Shown here one piece after another: positions 24,205 through 35,800 of a stretch of 64,000 nucleotides of DNA. Both the position numbers and the translations under genes were made by a program. The DNA is taken from positions 8,060,001-8,124,000 of the forward strand of contig NC_135830.1 of assembly GCF_964213995.1 (NCBI RefSeq), written 5' to 3'. The DNA comes from Mustelus asterias. Lineage: Eukaryota. The first letter of the stretch is position 1; each line of letters opens with the position of its first letter. The notes below the pieces were generated by a model. The model saw only the letters and a list, made by a program, of their open reading frames with translations. It ran no database searches and had not been told where the DNA came from.

Positions 24205-24500
24205 TTAGAATGGAAACATTAATTTGTGGCTGAGCATTTGTTCCAATTCCATATCCCTGCTTCCATTCATTCCTGAATAGATCATAAATCTATCCAGCCC
24301 GAACTGAAATGTGTTCAATGATGGAGCATCTACAACCCTCTGGCACAGAGAATTCCCCAAATTCACTGTCCTTTGAGTGAAGGAATGTCTGCTCATCGCA
24401 GTCTTAAATCATCAGCGCCTTATCCTGAGATTGTACCCCCGTGCTTTAGATTCCCGGACCAGGGAAAATAATGTCTCAGCATCCACCCTATCAAACTCAT
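24205..24500 (-). mobile_element. Old CR1 3' fragment
   Basis: ORF 24205..24396 reads SFTQRTVNLGNSLCQRVVDAPSLNTF. Confidence 0.65.
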
Positions 24501-25347
24501 AGAATCATAGAATCCCTGCAGTTTTTCAATGCTATCTATTCTTTCTCGTTAAAGCTGTTGAGATTTTCCAGCTTTTTCTGTTCTTGATTCAGATTCCACC
24601 ACCTCAGATTTTGCTTTTATTTTGTCTAAAATGGGGAGATGCAAACTGAACACACTATTACAGATGTGGTCTCAACACAACCCTGAATAACTGTAGCAAG
24701 ACTTCAAACACTTCAAAACTTAACTCCCTGCTCATGGTGGAAGGAGAGTGTGACAGTCGATAATTGGCACTGTGTACGTTCCTGCAATCAGGAACTGGAT
24801 CAGGAAAATGAGATATCTGTGTCTCCTTATACTGTTATCTCTAAACTCCATCTCCTCTCAATGCCGTGTGTCATACATGCGCTTTCCTTGCTTTCCAGGT
24901 GAAGATCGGGTTCACCAACTCTCTGAGTCTGTATCAAGCACCTAATTGACCCTGGGAAATGGACAACCAGATGAGAGACAGCGACAGAAACAGGAAGAGA
25001 AGCGACAGGATAATGTTTCGTAAATGAGTTCTGCCAGTTGCTCTCCGTGGTGAATGTCTGCCGTGTGTTACCTTGCAAGTTTCACAGAAGCCACAGTGAT
25101 GGGTTTGGTGGGTTTTGGAAATTGAAAGTGCCACATGACCAGCTGCGGGACTATTTCACCTCACGGTCGATTTCATGTTGCAGCTAACAGGTTTCGCTGT
25201 GTTCATTGGCTGAACAGTCCCTTGGGTTCGATCTAAACATGACAATTTAAAGGAGAAATTTGTTTTTGGTGAATAAAAAATCCGAAATAAAAATAAAAAG
25301 CAGAAGGCTCATGGATAAATGAATCTTTTAACGTGCTTGATCCAGCT

Positions 25348-25419
25348 TCCCTGGTGGTCTAGTGGTTAGGATTCGGCGCTCTCACCGCCGCGGCCCGGGT
25401 TCTATTCCCGGTCAGGGAA
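25348..25419 (+). tRNA. TRE-CTC: tRNA-Glu(CTC) (T-loop variant TTCTATT)
   Basis: TCCCTGGTGGTCTAGTGGTTAGGATTCGGCGCT-CTC-ACCGCCGCGGCCCGGGTTCTATTCCCGGTCAGGGAA; a single G57T change in the B-box. Confidence 0.88.
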
Positions 25420-26023
25420 AGTAGATTTATTGCTGCGTGAAAATCCTGCGTTCCTTCCAGGTTTGTACCAGTTCTGTCGGAATCAGTACCAGGTAGATTT
25501 CCTCTTTTGTGTCTGAATTAGAAATGTCACATGTCAAGAACAAAAAAAAGAGAGAAATAGGATACAAAGCGCTGACGATATAGATGGTGATGCGGCCTAA
25601 GATCTGGTTGTTGATGGAGTAGATTTTATTGTTTCCACTGACACAAATACCTCGCAGGTCTGGGTCCAAATCTCGGACTCAGTGACAAGAAGACCTTTAA
25701 TTCTAACTCTCCGACCTCCAGTGAAGTGGAGGCAGTTTTCACTCAGAAGGCAGGAGCTTTGAGATTAACAGCGTGGGATGGAGAAAGACTCAGTTTGAAC
25801 GGTGACGCTGCCGGAGGAATGGAGAGCTGGAGTTCACCCAGAAAAGCAGCAAAGTTGCTTCTTCTGTACAAACCTCCTTCTGTACAAACAGTGGCCCCCA
25901 ACTTGGGGCTGGAATCCACCGTCCATTAACGCTGATAAGTTAATGTTGATCAGCAGAATTACCACAAAATGGTTTATCACAGGTTGGTACTAACACTGCA
26001 GTAAAATTAAATGCAGTAGAATA

Positions 26024-26330
26024 GGACGGCATGGTTTCACAGTGGTTCGCAATGATGCCTCACAGCGCCAGTGGCTCAGGTTAAATTTCTCGGATCACTC
26101 TTTGCGGAGTTTGCACGTTTTCCCCGTGTCTGCGTGGGATTCCTCTGTGTGCTCCGGTTTCCTTTCCAAACATGTGTGAGTTCGGTTGCTTGGCCATGCT
26201 AAATTGACCCGCCTGTCAGCGGGATTATCAGGGTAAATATGTGGGTTTCCGGGAATAGGGCGTGGGTGGGATTGTTGTCGGTGCGCACTCGATGGGCCGA
26301 CCGACCTCCTTCTGTACAATAGGGATTCTA
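26024..26330 (+). mobile_element. tRNA-derived SINE (HE1/V-SINE-like)
   Basis: ggcatggtttcacagtggttcgc...gcctcacagcgcca head, the conserved core, and a CR1-like 3' tail (gatgggccga...agggattcta). Confidence 0.75.
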
Positions 26331-26538
26331 CTTGAATATATCATTATTCATTTTGACTGGAGGAACCAAAAGAGGCAATGCAAATACAAATTGTTGTGGG
26401 TAATTGACGGGTTTGTGGAATGGGACGGATTTTTCTCTGTACTGTTGAAACTGGCACCAATATCACTCCTGTTTTCGATCAGGAAGTAATTCCAATTCCA
26501 CTTAAATCATGTGCTGCAAGAAAACAATAAATCTTCAA

Positions 26539-26605
26539 TCCCTGACCAGGAATCGAACCGCTGCGGTGAAAGCGCCACATCCTCACCACGAGATCACCAA
26601 GGAAA
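26539..26605 (-). pseudogene. tRNA-Glu(TTC) pseudogene
   Basis: tccctgaccaggaatcgaaccgctgcggtgaaagcgcc...atcaccaaggaa; internal deletion. Confidence 0.7.
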
Positions 26606-26721
26606 CTGCCTGCAAGTGTTTTAATCTATCCTTTCCATGCGAACTTGGCGCTTTGTTTCGATTTCAGCATTTTTCTGTATACCAGGGACAAGTCTGTCTG
26701 ACAAGTGCCTCCTGAAAAACC

Positions 26722-27340
26722 AAATTTACTGCGGATGCTGGAATCTAAAACAAGAATAGAAAATGCTGGAAAACCTCAACAGGTCTGAAAGCACCTGTGA
26801 AGGGAGAATAAAGTTCACGTTCAAAATCTGGATGACCCATCGTCAGAGCTGAAGACAAAGAAATTTGGACGAGATTTATACTGTAATGGTGAGGGATATG
26901 GGTGTGGGGTGGGTGACAAAGGTGTCACATGTAAATTAAGAAGAAGGGAATTTTAATGGTGGTGATCATGGCTGAGAAGGGTGCTGCTGGCTGCCCATTA
27001 AGAGATCAGAATGTGTTAATGGCAGAACAAAGGAAATGTAAGAGACGGCCCGAGTGGGGTGGAGGGAGAGGGGGCAACAAGATGGAAAGTGAGATTTTAA
27101 ATAAACAGTGCAATACATGGAAATTAAAAAAAATAAATACATGTGTAAAAGAAGATATAAAATAATAAAAATAAAGAAATAAGATCAAACGAAATAAAAC
27201 AAAATAAATGGAAATGGGGAGAAGATGGAGGAAAGGAGATGCTCTGAAGTTGTTGAATTCAGTGTTAATTCTGGAACGCAGTAAGTGCCGAATCGGGACA
27301 TCGGGCGATGTTCCTCCAGTTTGCATTGGAATTCCTCCTG
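26722..27340 (-). mobile_element. Second PLE-family terminal-repeat fragment (hammerhead-like relic)
   Basis: actgcggatgctggaatct...gatgacccatcgtcagagct; the reverse complement gives AGCU-CUGACGA. The same repeat occurs in the Val units and at 52525 and 54135. Confidence 0.55.
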
Positions 27341-28228
27341 ATACCATTGTTTATTGCCCCTTCCGTCACGTTACTGATGATCAGGAGTAGACTGATGGTA
27401 ATTTGCGGCGTTGGATTTGACCTGATATTTGTAAACCGGGCAATCTTGGGCAAATTGCAGCATTGGCGGTTAGATGGCAGTGTTGTAGCCTAGGAACAGC
27501 TTAGCTCGGATTGTGGTAAGATCTGAATCTGAATTCTTCAGCACCATTGCCAGAATATATTTTTACGGCCATAGCATTTGCTGTTTTCAATGCTTTCAAC
27601 TTTCTTTTTCTTTAATTCAAATCAAATGGAATTGGCATTTTTTCCGTTCAGTGTCTCCCCTACTCTGTCTCTTTCTTTCTCTTTGTAGATCTGCGTCGGT
27701 TATTCCCTCGCTCAGTCTCTCTATCCAATTCCCCTATTTTGTTCTTTTTTATTCATTATATTCTCTCCATGTCTGGGTGGAACCAAGCTTCATTGAATTG
27801 ATTCCTGAGATGAGGTGGTTGTTGAGCTGGGCACACGTCTTGATCTTCAGTGGCGGAGGAGACTCAACGGGACATGTGATCCAATCCCACCTCATTGGTT
27901 CTGTTCACTGCCAATAACAGCTCTGGTAGCAATCACTTCTGATGGTGTCACTGATGAGAATTCGAGGACACTAAATTGAGGATAGCGCTATTTGTGGAGG
28001 ACTGGGTTCAAATTCCCCCACCGTCAGATACTCACTTAATTTGCTTTAAACGTTAAGAATAAAGTTGGTCAAACACGTGATCGCCAAAATGTTTCGCAGT
28101 GGAATGTATTATCATTCATTTTGATTAGAGGAACCAGAAGAGGCAATGTAAAATGAGAAACTAACGGGATTGTGGAAGCAGTTTTGTTGCTTCTCCAGTA
28201 AACCTGCTTCAGCTGCAAGGACTGCTGT

Positions 28229-28301
28229 GTTTCTGCAGTGTAGTGGTTATCACGTTCATTTCACACGCGAAACGTTCCTGGTTCAAGACCGCGTAGAAAC
28301 A
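28229..28301 (+). pseudogene. tRNA-Val(CAC) probable pseudogene
   Basis: GTTTCTGCAGTGTAGTGGTTATCACGTTCATTTCACACGCGAAA...GGTTCAAGACC; U8C change and stem mismatches. Confidence 0.75.
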
Positions 28302-29214
28302 TTTCCAAATGCTTGTTATTGCTCACTGATTCATATTTCAGAATTATTCTCGTTTCTCACGAAACTTTAATTGAACTGTTGAGTTATTGCAGCATTTAAG
28401 TCGGGAATTGCTCTGTATGGGAACAAAACGGAAGCTATGTGTTAGAGAGCAAGAGAGGATGGACTCACTGACACAAGGAATGATGGACAAGTGCAACATT
28501 GAGCTGGTGATGGTGGAGTCCGGGTGATCTATTGGTGCCGAATCAGTGTTTTCACCGCATTGGGCCCGGGGTTTATAACAGTCGATAACTAAGTAGAACA
28601 TTTTGAATTTGCTCCGTTTATGGGGATAATTGGATCTGAACACAAGGAAAGAGGTGCGTTTTACCGGAATCATAAATTGATATCATGATTGAGTGCATGT
28701 GTCTCAGGCGAAAGTGGCCTGAAATGAAGCAATGACTAAAGCGATGATGATCAACTAATTGCAAATCTCTTAAATCAGCTTCACTGGAAGTTTCGTGGTC
28801 AGGATTCAGTACGGTGGTTCGAGTTTGATTTCCACCCAAGAACTGAATAACTTTCTATAATTCTTCATTGAATGCAAACACACCTCACAGCATCTGTGAA
28901 GGGCGAAGCAAGATTAATCTTCCAGCTGCATGAACTTGCACTAGAGTTGGAAAAGTCAGACATATAACATCAGAAATAAGCTCTGACGAAGAATCACACG
29001 GCAAACACACGGCAGACAGTGATCACAGAAAGTAACTGACACATTTCAAATTCTGCCGCTTTCCATTAACATCTTTGAACTTCGTATTGTCCATCTCAGA
29101 CATTTCCTATGAATCAAATATTACCCACAAAATCTTCGCTCTGATGCTCGTTCCACTGGTTATAGAAGAGTAACTGTTAAAATGGGCATGCGGTTGGCTT
29201 CATAGCTCATAGCG

Positions 29215-29295
29215 CCAGTCATCGTGGCTGGCTGGTTAACGTGATGGAGTTTGAATCCATTGGGATTTCCCGCTTCTGATTATTCCTGGTTTTAA
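29215..29295 (+). pseudogene. tRNA-Ser relic
   Basis: gtcatcgtggctggctggttaacgtgatggagtttgaatccattgggatttcccgc resembles vertebrate Ser-AGA/TGA. Confidence 0.55.
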
Positions 29296-29901
29296 CACTG
29301 TGTCCACAGAGCGAATTGGATCAAATCCACCCAAACACTCAGGCGGTTTCACATTTCCGTTCATTCACAAAAGCATCACGGAACCTGCAGTCAGAAATGG
29401 AACAGAGACGGAGCCAGGTTGTGTTTTCAGTGTGTTGTCTCTCCTTCGGCCTCTGTCACGCTGGGTGCGTGTATGTGTCTGGGTTTCTCTGTGTGCGTCA
29501 ATGTGCTTTAGCTCCCCCTTGGAAATGAACAGCTTTTTAGCGTCACAAAATTATCCACAATAGTTCAAAAGTTTAATCATGAAATGTTTCAGAGAAAAGG
29601 TCAGAGTGAAAGATGTAAGAGGAGTTTGTAATGTTTGGAAGGAGGTGCAGCAAATAAATAGAAGACGGGAATGATGTTACTGCTGACTGAGAGGAATGCA
29701 TTGTAACGGTGGGGGATTTTATTGATCGGTTAATGGTAAACTTTGAATTCAGAACAAGCTGAGGCACCAGATGGAAACAGCGTTTGGCTTCACGTATGTT
29801 AAGAAAGGGTGCAAGCATCGCTACAGCAGGAGGACGGTTAGCTTAGTCGCAGCATATCAGATGTAATTTCAGAATCGTTGATTGCAGCCCCACGTTAGAC
29901 T

Positions 29902-32190
29902 CCATAAGACCATAAGACCATAAGACATAGGAGCGGAAGTAAGGCCATTCGGCCCATCGAGTCCACTCCACCATTCAATCATGGTTGATTTCAACTCCAT
30001 TTACCCGCTCTCTCCCCATAGCCCTTAATTCCTCGAGAAATCAAGAATTTATCAATTTCTGTCTTGAAGACGCTCAACGTCTCGGCCTCCACAGCCCTCT
30101 GTGGCAATGAATTCCACAGACCCACCACTCTCTGGCTGAAGAAATTTCTCCTCATCTCTGTTCTAAAGTGACTCCCTTTTATTCTAAGGCTGTGCCCCCG
30201 CGTCCTAGTCTCCCCTGTTAATGGAAACAACTTCCCTACGTCCATCCTATCTAAGCCGTTCATTATCTTGTAAGTTTCTATCAGATCTCCCCTCAACCTC
30301 CTAAACTCCAATGAATATAATCCCACGATCCTCAGACGTTCATCGTATGTCAGGCCTACCATTCCTGGGATCATCCGTGTGAATCTCCGCTGGACCCGCT
30401 CCAGTGCCAGTATGTCCTTCCTGAGGTGTGGGGCCCAAAATTGCTCACAGTACTCCAAATGGGGCCTAACCAGTGCTTTATAAAGCCTCAGAAGTACATC
30501 CCTGCTTTTGTATTCCAAGCCTCTTGAGATAAATGACAACATTACATTTGCTTTCCTAATTACGGACTCAACCTGCAAGTTTACCTTTAGAGAATCCTGG
30601 ACTAGGACTCCCAAGTCCCTTTGCACTTTAGCATTATGAATTTTGTCACCGTTTAGAAAATAGTCCATGCCTCTATTCTTTTTTCCAAAGTGTACGACCT
30701 CGCACTTGCCCACGTTGAATTTCATCAGCCACTTCTTGGACCACTCTCCTAAACTGTCTAAATCTTTCTGCAGCCTCCCCACCTCCTCAATACTACCTGC
30801 CCCTCCACCTATCTTTGTATCATCGGCAAACTTGGCCAGAATGCTCCCAGTCCCGTCATCTAGATCGTTAATATATAAAGAGAACAGCTGTGGCCCCAAC
30901 ACTGAACCCTGCGGGACACCACTTGTCACCGGTTGCCATTCTGAGAAAGAACCTTTTATCCCAACTCTCTGCCTTCTGTCTGACAGCCAATCGTCAATCC
31001 ATGTTAGTACCTTGCCTCGAATACCATGGGCCCTTATTTTACTCAGCAGTCTCCCGTGAGGCACCTTGTCAAAGGCCTTTTGGAAGTCAAGATAGATAAC
31101 ATCCATTGGCTCTCCTTGGTCTAACCTATTTGTTATCTCTTCAAAGAACTCTAACAGGTTTGTCAGGCACGACCTCCCCTTACTAAATCCATGCTGACTT
31201 GTCTTAATCCGACCCTGCACTTCCAAGAATTTAGAAATCTCATCCTTAACGATGGATTCTAGAATTTTGCCAACAACTGAGGTTAGGCTAATTGGCCTAT
31301 AATTTTCCATCTTTTTTCTTGTTCCCTTCTTGAACAGTGGGGTTACAACAGCGATTTTCCAATCCTCTGGGACTTTCCCTGACTCCAGTGACTTTTGAAA
31401 GATCATAACTAACGCCTCCACTATTTCTTCAGCTATCTCCTTTAGAACTCTAGGATGTAGCCCATCTGGGCCCGGAGATTTATCAATTTTCAGACCTTTT
31501 AGTTTCTCTAGCACTTTCTCCTTTGTGATGGCAACCATATTCAACTCTGCCCCCTGACTTTCCTGAATTGTTGGGATATTACTCATGTCTTCTACTGTGA
31601 AGACTGACGCAAAGTACTTATTAAGTTCCTCAGCTATTTCCTTGTCTCCCATCACTAGATTACCAGCGTCATTTTGGAGCGGCCCAATGTCTACTTTTGC
31701 CTCCCGTTTGTTTTTAATGTATTTAAAGAAACTTTTACTATCATTCCTAATGTTACTGGCTAGCCTACCTTCATATTTGATCCTCTCCTTCCTTATTTCT
31801 CTCTTTGTTATCCTCTGTTTGTTTTTATAGCCTTCCCAATCTTCTGACTTCCCACTACTCTTTGCCACATTATAGGCTCTCTCTTTTGCCTTGATGCATT
31901 CCCTGACTTCCTTTGTCAGCCATGGCTGCCTAATCCCCCCTCTGATAACCTTTCTTTTGTTTGGGATGAACCTCTGCACTGTGTCCTCAATTACTCCCAG
32001 AAACTCCTGCCATTGCTGTTCTACTGTCTTTCCCACTAGGCTCTGCTTCCAGTCGATTTTTGTCAGTTCCTCCCTCATGCGCCTGTAATTACCTTTATTT
32101 AACTGTAGAACCTTCACATCTGATTCTGCCTTCCTTCTTTCAAATTGCAGACTGAATTCTACCATATTATGATCACTGCTTCCTAAGTGT
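29902..32190 (-). mobile_element. Young CR1 LINE, 5'-truncated, ORF2 open from endonuclease end through RT
   Basis: ORF 29991..32255 (LGSSDHN...KSPGPDG...FADDTK...) has no stops and ends in a (TCTTATGG)3 tail. Confidence 0.97.
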
Positions 32191-33119
32191 TTAAACTTTG
32201 CTGCTTTCCTGGGTGAACTCCAGCTCTCCATCCCTCCGGCAGCGTCACCAATCAAACTGAATCTTTCTCCATCCCGCTTTGTTTACCTCAGTGTCTGAAT
32301 GAAAACTGCAATCAATAAAGGTGAAAGAGTTTAATGTTCATTCGGTGAGAAGTTTTCTTCTTGGCTTGGGAATTTTTATCCAGAAATGCGTGATATTTTT
32401 GTCAGTGTAAACGGTTAAATCTGGCCCATTAGCACCCAGACGTTACGTTGTATCACGATCTCTATCGGCAGAACCTTACAATCTATCACTGTCCTTCACT
32501 ATCTGTGTTTGTCCTTTACCTGTTGCACATGTGGCATTTCCAGCTCGCAAGCCAACTACAAATCTCACTCCACTGATTCTGACAGAGCTGCTTTCGATCA
32601 GGAAGTAATTCAAGTTTTTTTAAAATCAAAACTATTAAATCTTAGTACATCGAAGCCAGTCTGCGACCCTGAAAACGCCGACCCCTCACCACTCGATGAC
32701 CAGGATCCCACCTGCCCGATTCTCCCAGGTACTGATTACAGCAATGTGCACAGTGCCAATTATCCACAGTCACACTCTGCTTCCTGTCTGTTAAGGTTAG
32801 AAATTGTTCACATTTTCTTACTGGCTTCCAATGCGACGAAAATAGAGGGTGAACAGCTGATGCTGTTCAGTAGATTTACCACAATAGAGTTTGTAACAGG
32901 TCGATGCTAACATTGCTGTTTGAATGTGGTGAGCTGCAGTGAAATTCAATGCAGTTGCAGGTAGAGTACTCATTATTTTCGGAGGAAACAGCAAGGGCAA
33001 TGTCAGTATGAATTGCTGTGGGTAATTGACGGGATTGTGGAATGGGAATGATTTTTTTCCCTGCTGTTCAGACTGGCACAGGTATTGCATGATTATTTGC
33101 AGGCGGATATTGTGTGTTG

Positions 33120-33191
33120 GGTTTCGTGGTGTAATGGTGAGCACTCTGGACTCTGAATCCAGCGTACTGAGTTCAAATCTCGGCGGAACCT
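33120..33191 (+). tRNA. TRQ-CTG: tRNA-Gln(CTG), possibly functional
   Basis: GGTTTCGTGGTGTAATGGTGAGCACTCTGGACT-CTG-AATCCAGCGTACTGAGTTCAAATCTCGGCGGAACCT. Stems pair with G:U, and a T-run lies at ~33236. Confidence 0.85.
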
Positions 33192-33444
33192 TGGTCAACG
33201 CTGATGGTTGATTTGCCGAAGGGCGTTTCGTTCAATTTTTTCACAACGTACGAATCGAGAGGGCAATTTGTCAGCCAGTTCAACTGCTATTACAATGCGC
33301 ATTGCTGAGCCTCTGGCGCCAGATGCCTGCCGCATCAATGTCTTTTCATATTTTATCTTCTCTTTAATTCCTCTGTTGAAAGAAAGGAGCACTGGTGCCA
33401 CACAGCAACACCCCTTCGAATGGAGTCCAGCAATTATTGAGCAA

Positions 33445-33506
33445 GTGTGTGTGTGTGTGTGCGCGCGCGCGCGCGCGCGTGCGCGTGAGAGAGAGAGAGA
33501 GAGCGA
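33445..33506. repeat. Compound microsatellite (GT)n(GC)n(GA)n
   Basis: gtgtgtgtgtgtgtgtgcgcgcgcgcgcgcgcgcgtgcgcgtgagagagagagagagagc, read directly. Confidence 0.95.
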
Positions 33507-34724
33507 GTGTAGGTACGTGTGTGTGTTTTGGGAGACAAGTCTAGTGTCTTCGGTCACAGTGCTGTCGATTCCATGGTGTAACGGATCGCACTCTGGCCTC
33601 TCGCTTCCGAAATCTTTAAATTGGGACAGATGAGTGAGTGAATGACACGACACATGAAGATGGACCCCCCCCCCCCCCCCCACACTTTCTACAGTGGCTT
33701 CCCTGCCTCTCAGCGCATTGTATTCCTGAGCAATCATCCTCTGGGGCTGATGCAATGACGCCAGGAGAGGCATTCGCTGCAGCGTCTGCAATTTGAATGC
33801 CGTGGAATTTGCTGAGATTTCGTCAGTGTTTAGATTTACACTTTCTGACAATTTAACATAAAATGCCCTTCTGCAAACCCGTCATCGGCTTTAGCAAAAC
33901 AAATCAAGGTTTTGCCACGATACGAACTCGAATTGCTGGATTCAGATTCCAGAGCGCTCACCGGTCCACCACAGATCACAGAACACGCCCATTGCCGGCA
34001 AATGATCACTCGAACAATTTGATATCTTTCATTCGATGTGACAGCAACAGCAAGTATGATAACAATGTGTCGTTATAGGCCACCGTTGATATCAGAAAAG
34101 CTCAGAAGGCAGAGTGCCCCAAATCTCAAATTATTTCATCGCAAGACCTATCGGGAGATATCTCCAGAAATAGCCATGTTTCGCAGGTCATTTGCAAGTC
34201 ATTGCGGTGCTCTGTGTTCCGTGGTGTAATGGTGAGCTCGCTGAACTTTCAATGCTGCGATCTGAGTTCAAATCTCGGTGGAGCCTTGCTCTCCTTTACC
34301 AATGCTGATAATTGATTTTCTCCATGACATTTATTCTCCATTTGTCACCATGTACGAATCGAGAGGGCACTTTGTCAATACACATTGCTGAGACTCTGGC
34401 GCCAGATCCTTGCAGCTTCAGTGTTTTTATGTTTTCATCTTTCGCTCCTCTTTGACGTTCTGTCGAATCAGAGGAGCAGTTGGTGTCAAACAAAAACCCG
34501 ACTGGAGCCTGGCAATAATTGAGCAAGAGTGTGTATGTGTGAGAATTGGGTGAAAGGTCTCCCGCATTAAAACAGCGCCCAGTTGGTTCCATGGTGTAAC
34601 GGTGAGCACTCTGGATTTTGAATCCAGCATTCCGAGCTCGAATCTCAATGAAACCACTATTCTCAACGCCCGAACTCCTGCTTAACTTGGGGCAGATGAC
34701 TCAGCGAATTATATCGGTAGAATA

Positions 34725-35020
34725 ACTGTGGTTAGCACTGCTGCCTCCCAGTAACAGGACCCGTGTTCAGTTCTGGCTTCGGGTGACTGTGTGCAGTTTG
34801 CACATTCTCCCCGTGTCTGTATGTGCGGAAGAAAACCGAGCACACGTCCTATGAGACAAAATTGTGCGGATTAGGTTGATTGGTCATGTTACATTACCCT
34901 TAGAGTCAGGGGATTAACTGGGTAAATATGCGGGATTACAGGGATGGAGCCTGGGTGCGATTGCTGCTGGTGCCGGATGAGCCCAATTGCTTCTTCTACA
35001 CGATAAGGGTTCTATGATTC
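34725..35020 (+). mobile_element. tRNA-derived SINE (duplicated with the Gln unit; second copy ~36120-36392)
   Basis: gtggttagcactgctgcctc...gtttgcacattctccccgtgtctg...ttctatgattc at the equivalent position in two units. Confidence 0.7.
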
Positions 35021-35453
35021 TGCCTCCGAACTCTTCATTTTCTTGAGCAATCGTCCTCTGTGACTGAAGCCATGAAGCTAGGAAATCATTTCCTGCATCG
35101 TCTGCAATGTGGATGCGGTGGAATTTGCTGAAATTTCTTCAGAGTTTAAAATTTCACTTTCTGCCAATTTTGAATAAAATACCCTTCAGCAAACCAATCA
35201 TCGCCTTTAGCAAAGAAAAGCAAGGCTCCACCGAGATCTGATTTCAGTTTACTGGATTCAGAGTTCAGAATGCTCACCGTTACACCACACAACCGGGAAC
35301 ATGGGCGCCACTTGCAAATCGTCATCAACCGCATTTGGTTCTGTGGTGAAACTGTGGGCACTCTAGAGTCTGAATCCAGCGATCTGAGTTCGAATCTCCT
35401 TGGAACGTTGTTTTTCTTTGCCAATTCTGATGATTGATTTGCTAGATGATATT

Positions 35454-35800
35454 TGATTTGATTTTGATTTAATTTATTATTGTCACGTGTATTAGTATAC
35501 AGTGAAAAGTATTGTTTCTTGCGCATTATACAGACAAAGCATAACGTTCATAGGGAAAGAAATGAGAGAGTGCAGAATGTAATGTCACAGTCATAGCGAG
35601 GGTGTAGAGAAAGGTCAACTTAATAGAAGGTAGGTACATTCAAAAGTCTGATGGGAGCAGGACAGAAACTCTTCCTGAGTCAGCTGGTACGTGACCTCAG
35701 ACTTTTGTATCTTTTTTCCCAACGGAAGTAGGTGAAAGAGAGAATGTCCGGGGTGCGTGGGGTGCTTAATTATGTTGGCTGCTTTGCCGAGGCAACCGAG
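35454..35800 (-). mobile_element. Rex1/Babar-L2-group LINE 3' end
   Basis: ORF 35615..35860 reads KAANIIKHPTHPGHSLFHLLPLGKK, followed by an (AAATC)n tail. Confidence 0.65.

Noticed and set aside
27455-27485. Additional CTCF-like motif (gcggttagatggcag)
   Set aside because: The 5' half of the core deviates from consensus, so it cannot be supported without a matrix scan.
32191-32255. Novel N-terminus (MIGDAAGGMESWSSPRKAAKF) on the 754-aa RT ORF suggesting domestication
   Set aside because: It is flanking duplicated non-coding DNA (paralogous to 25790-25860) read in frame with a 5'-truncated young CR1. There is no evidence of expression.
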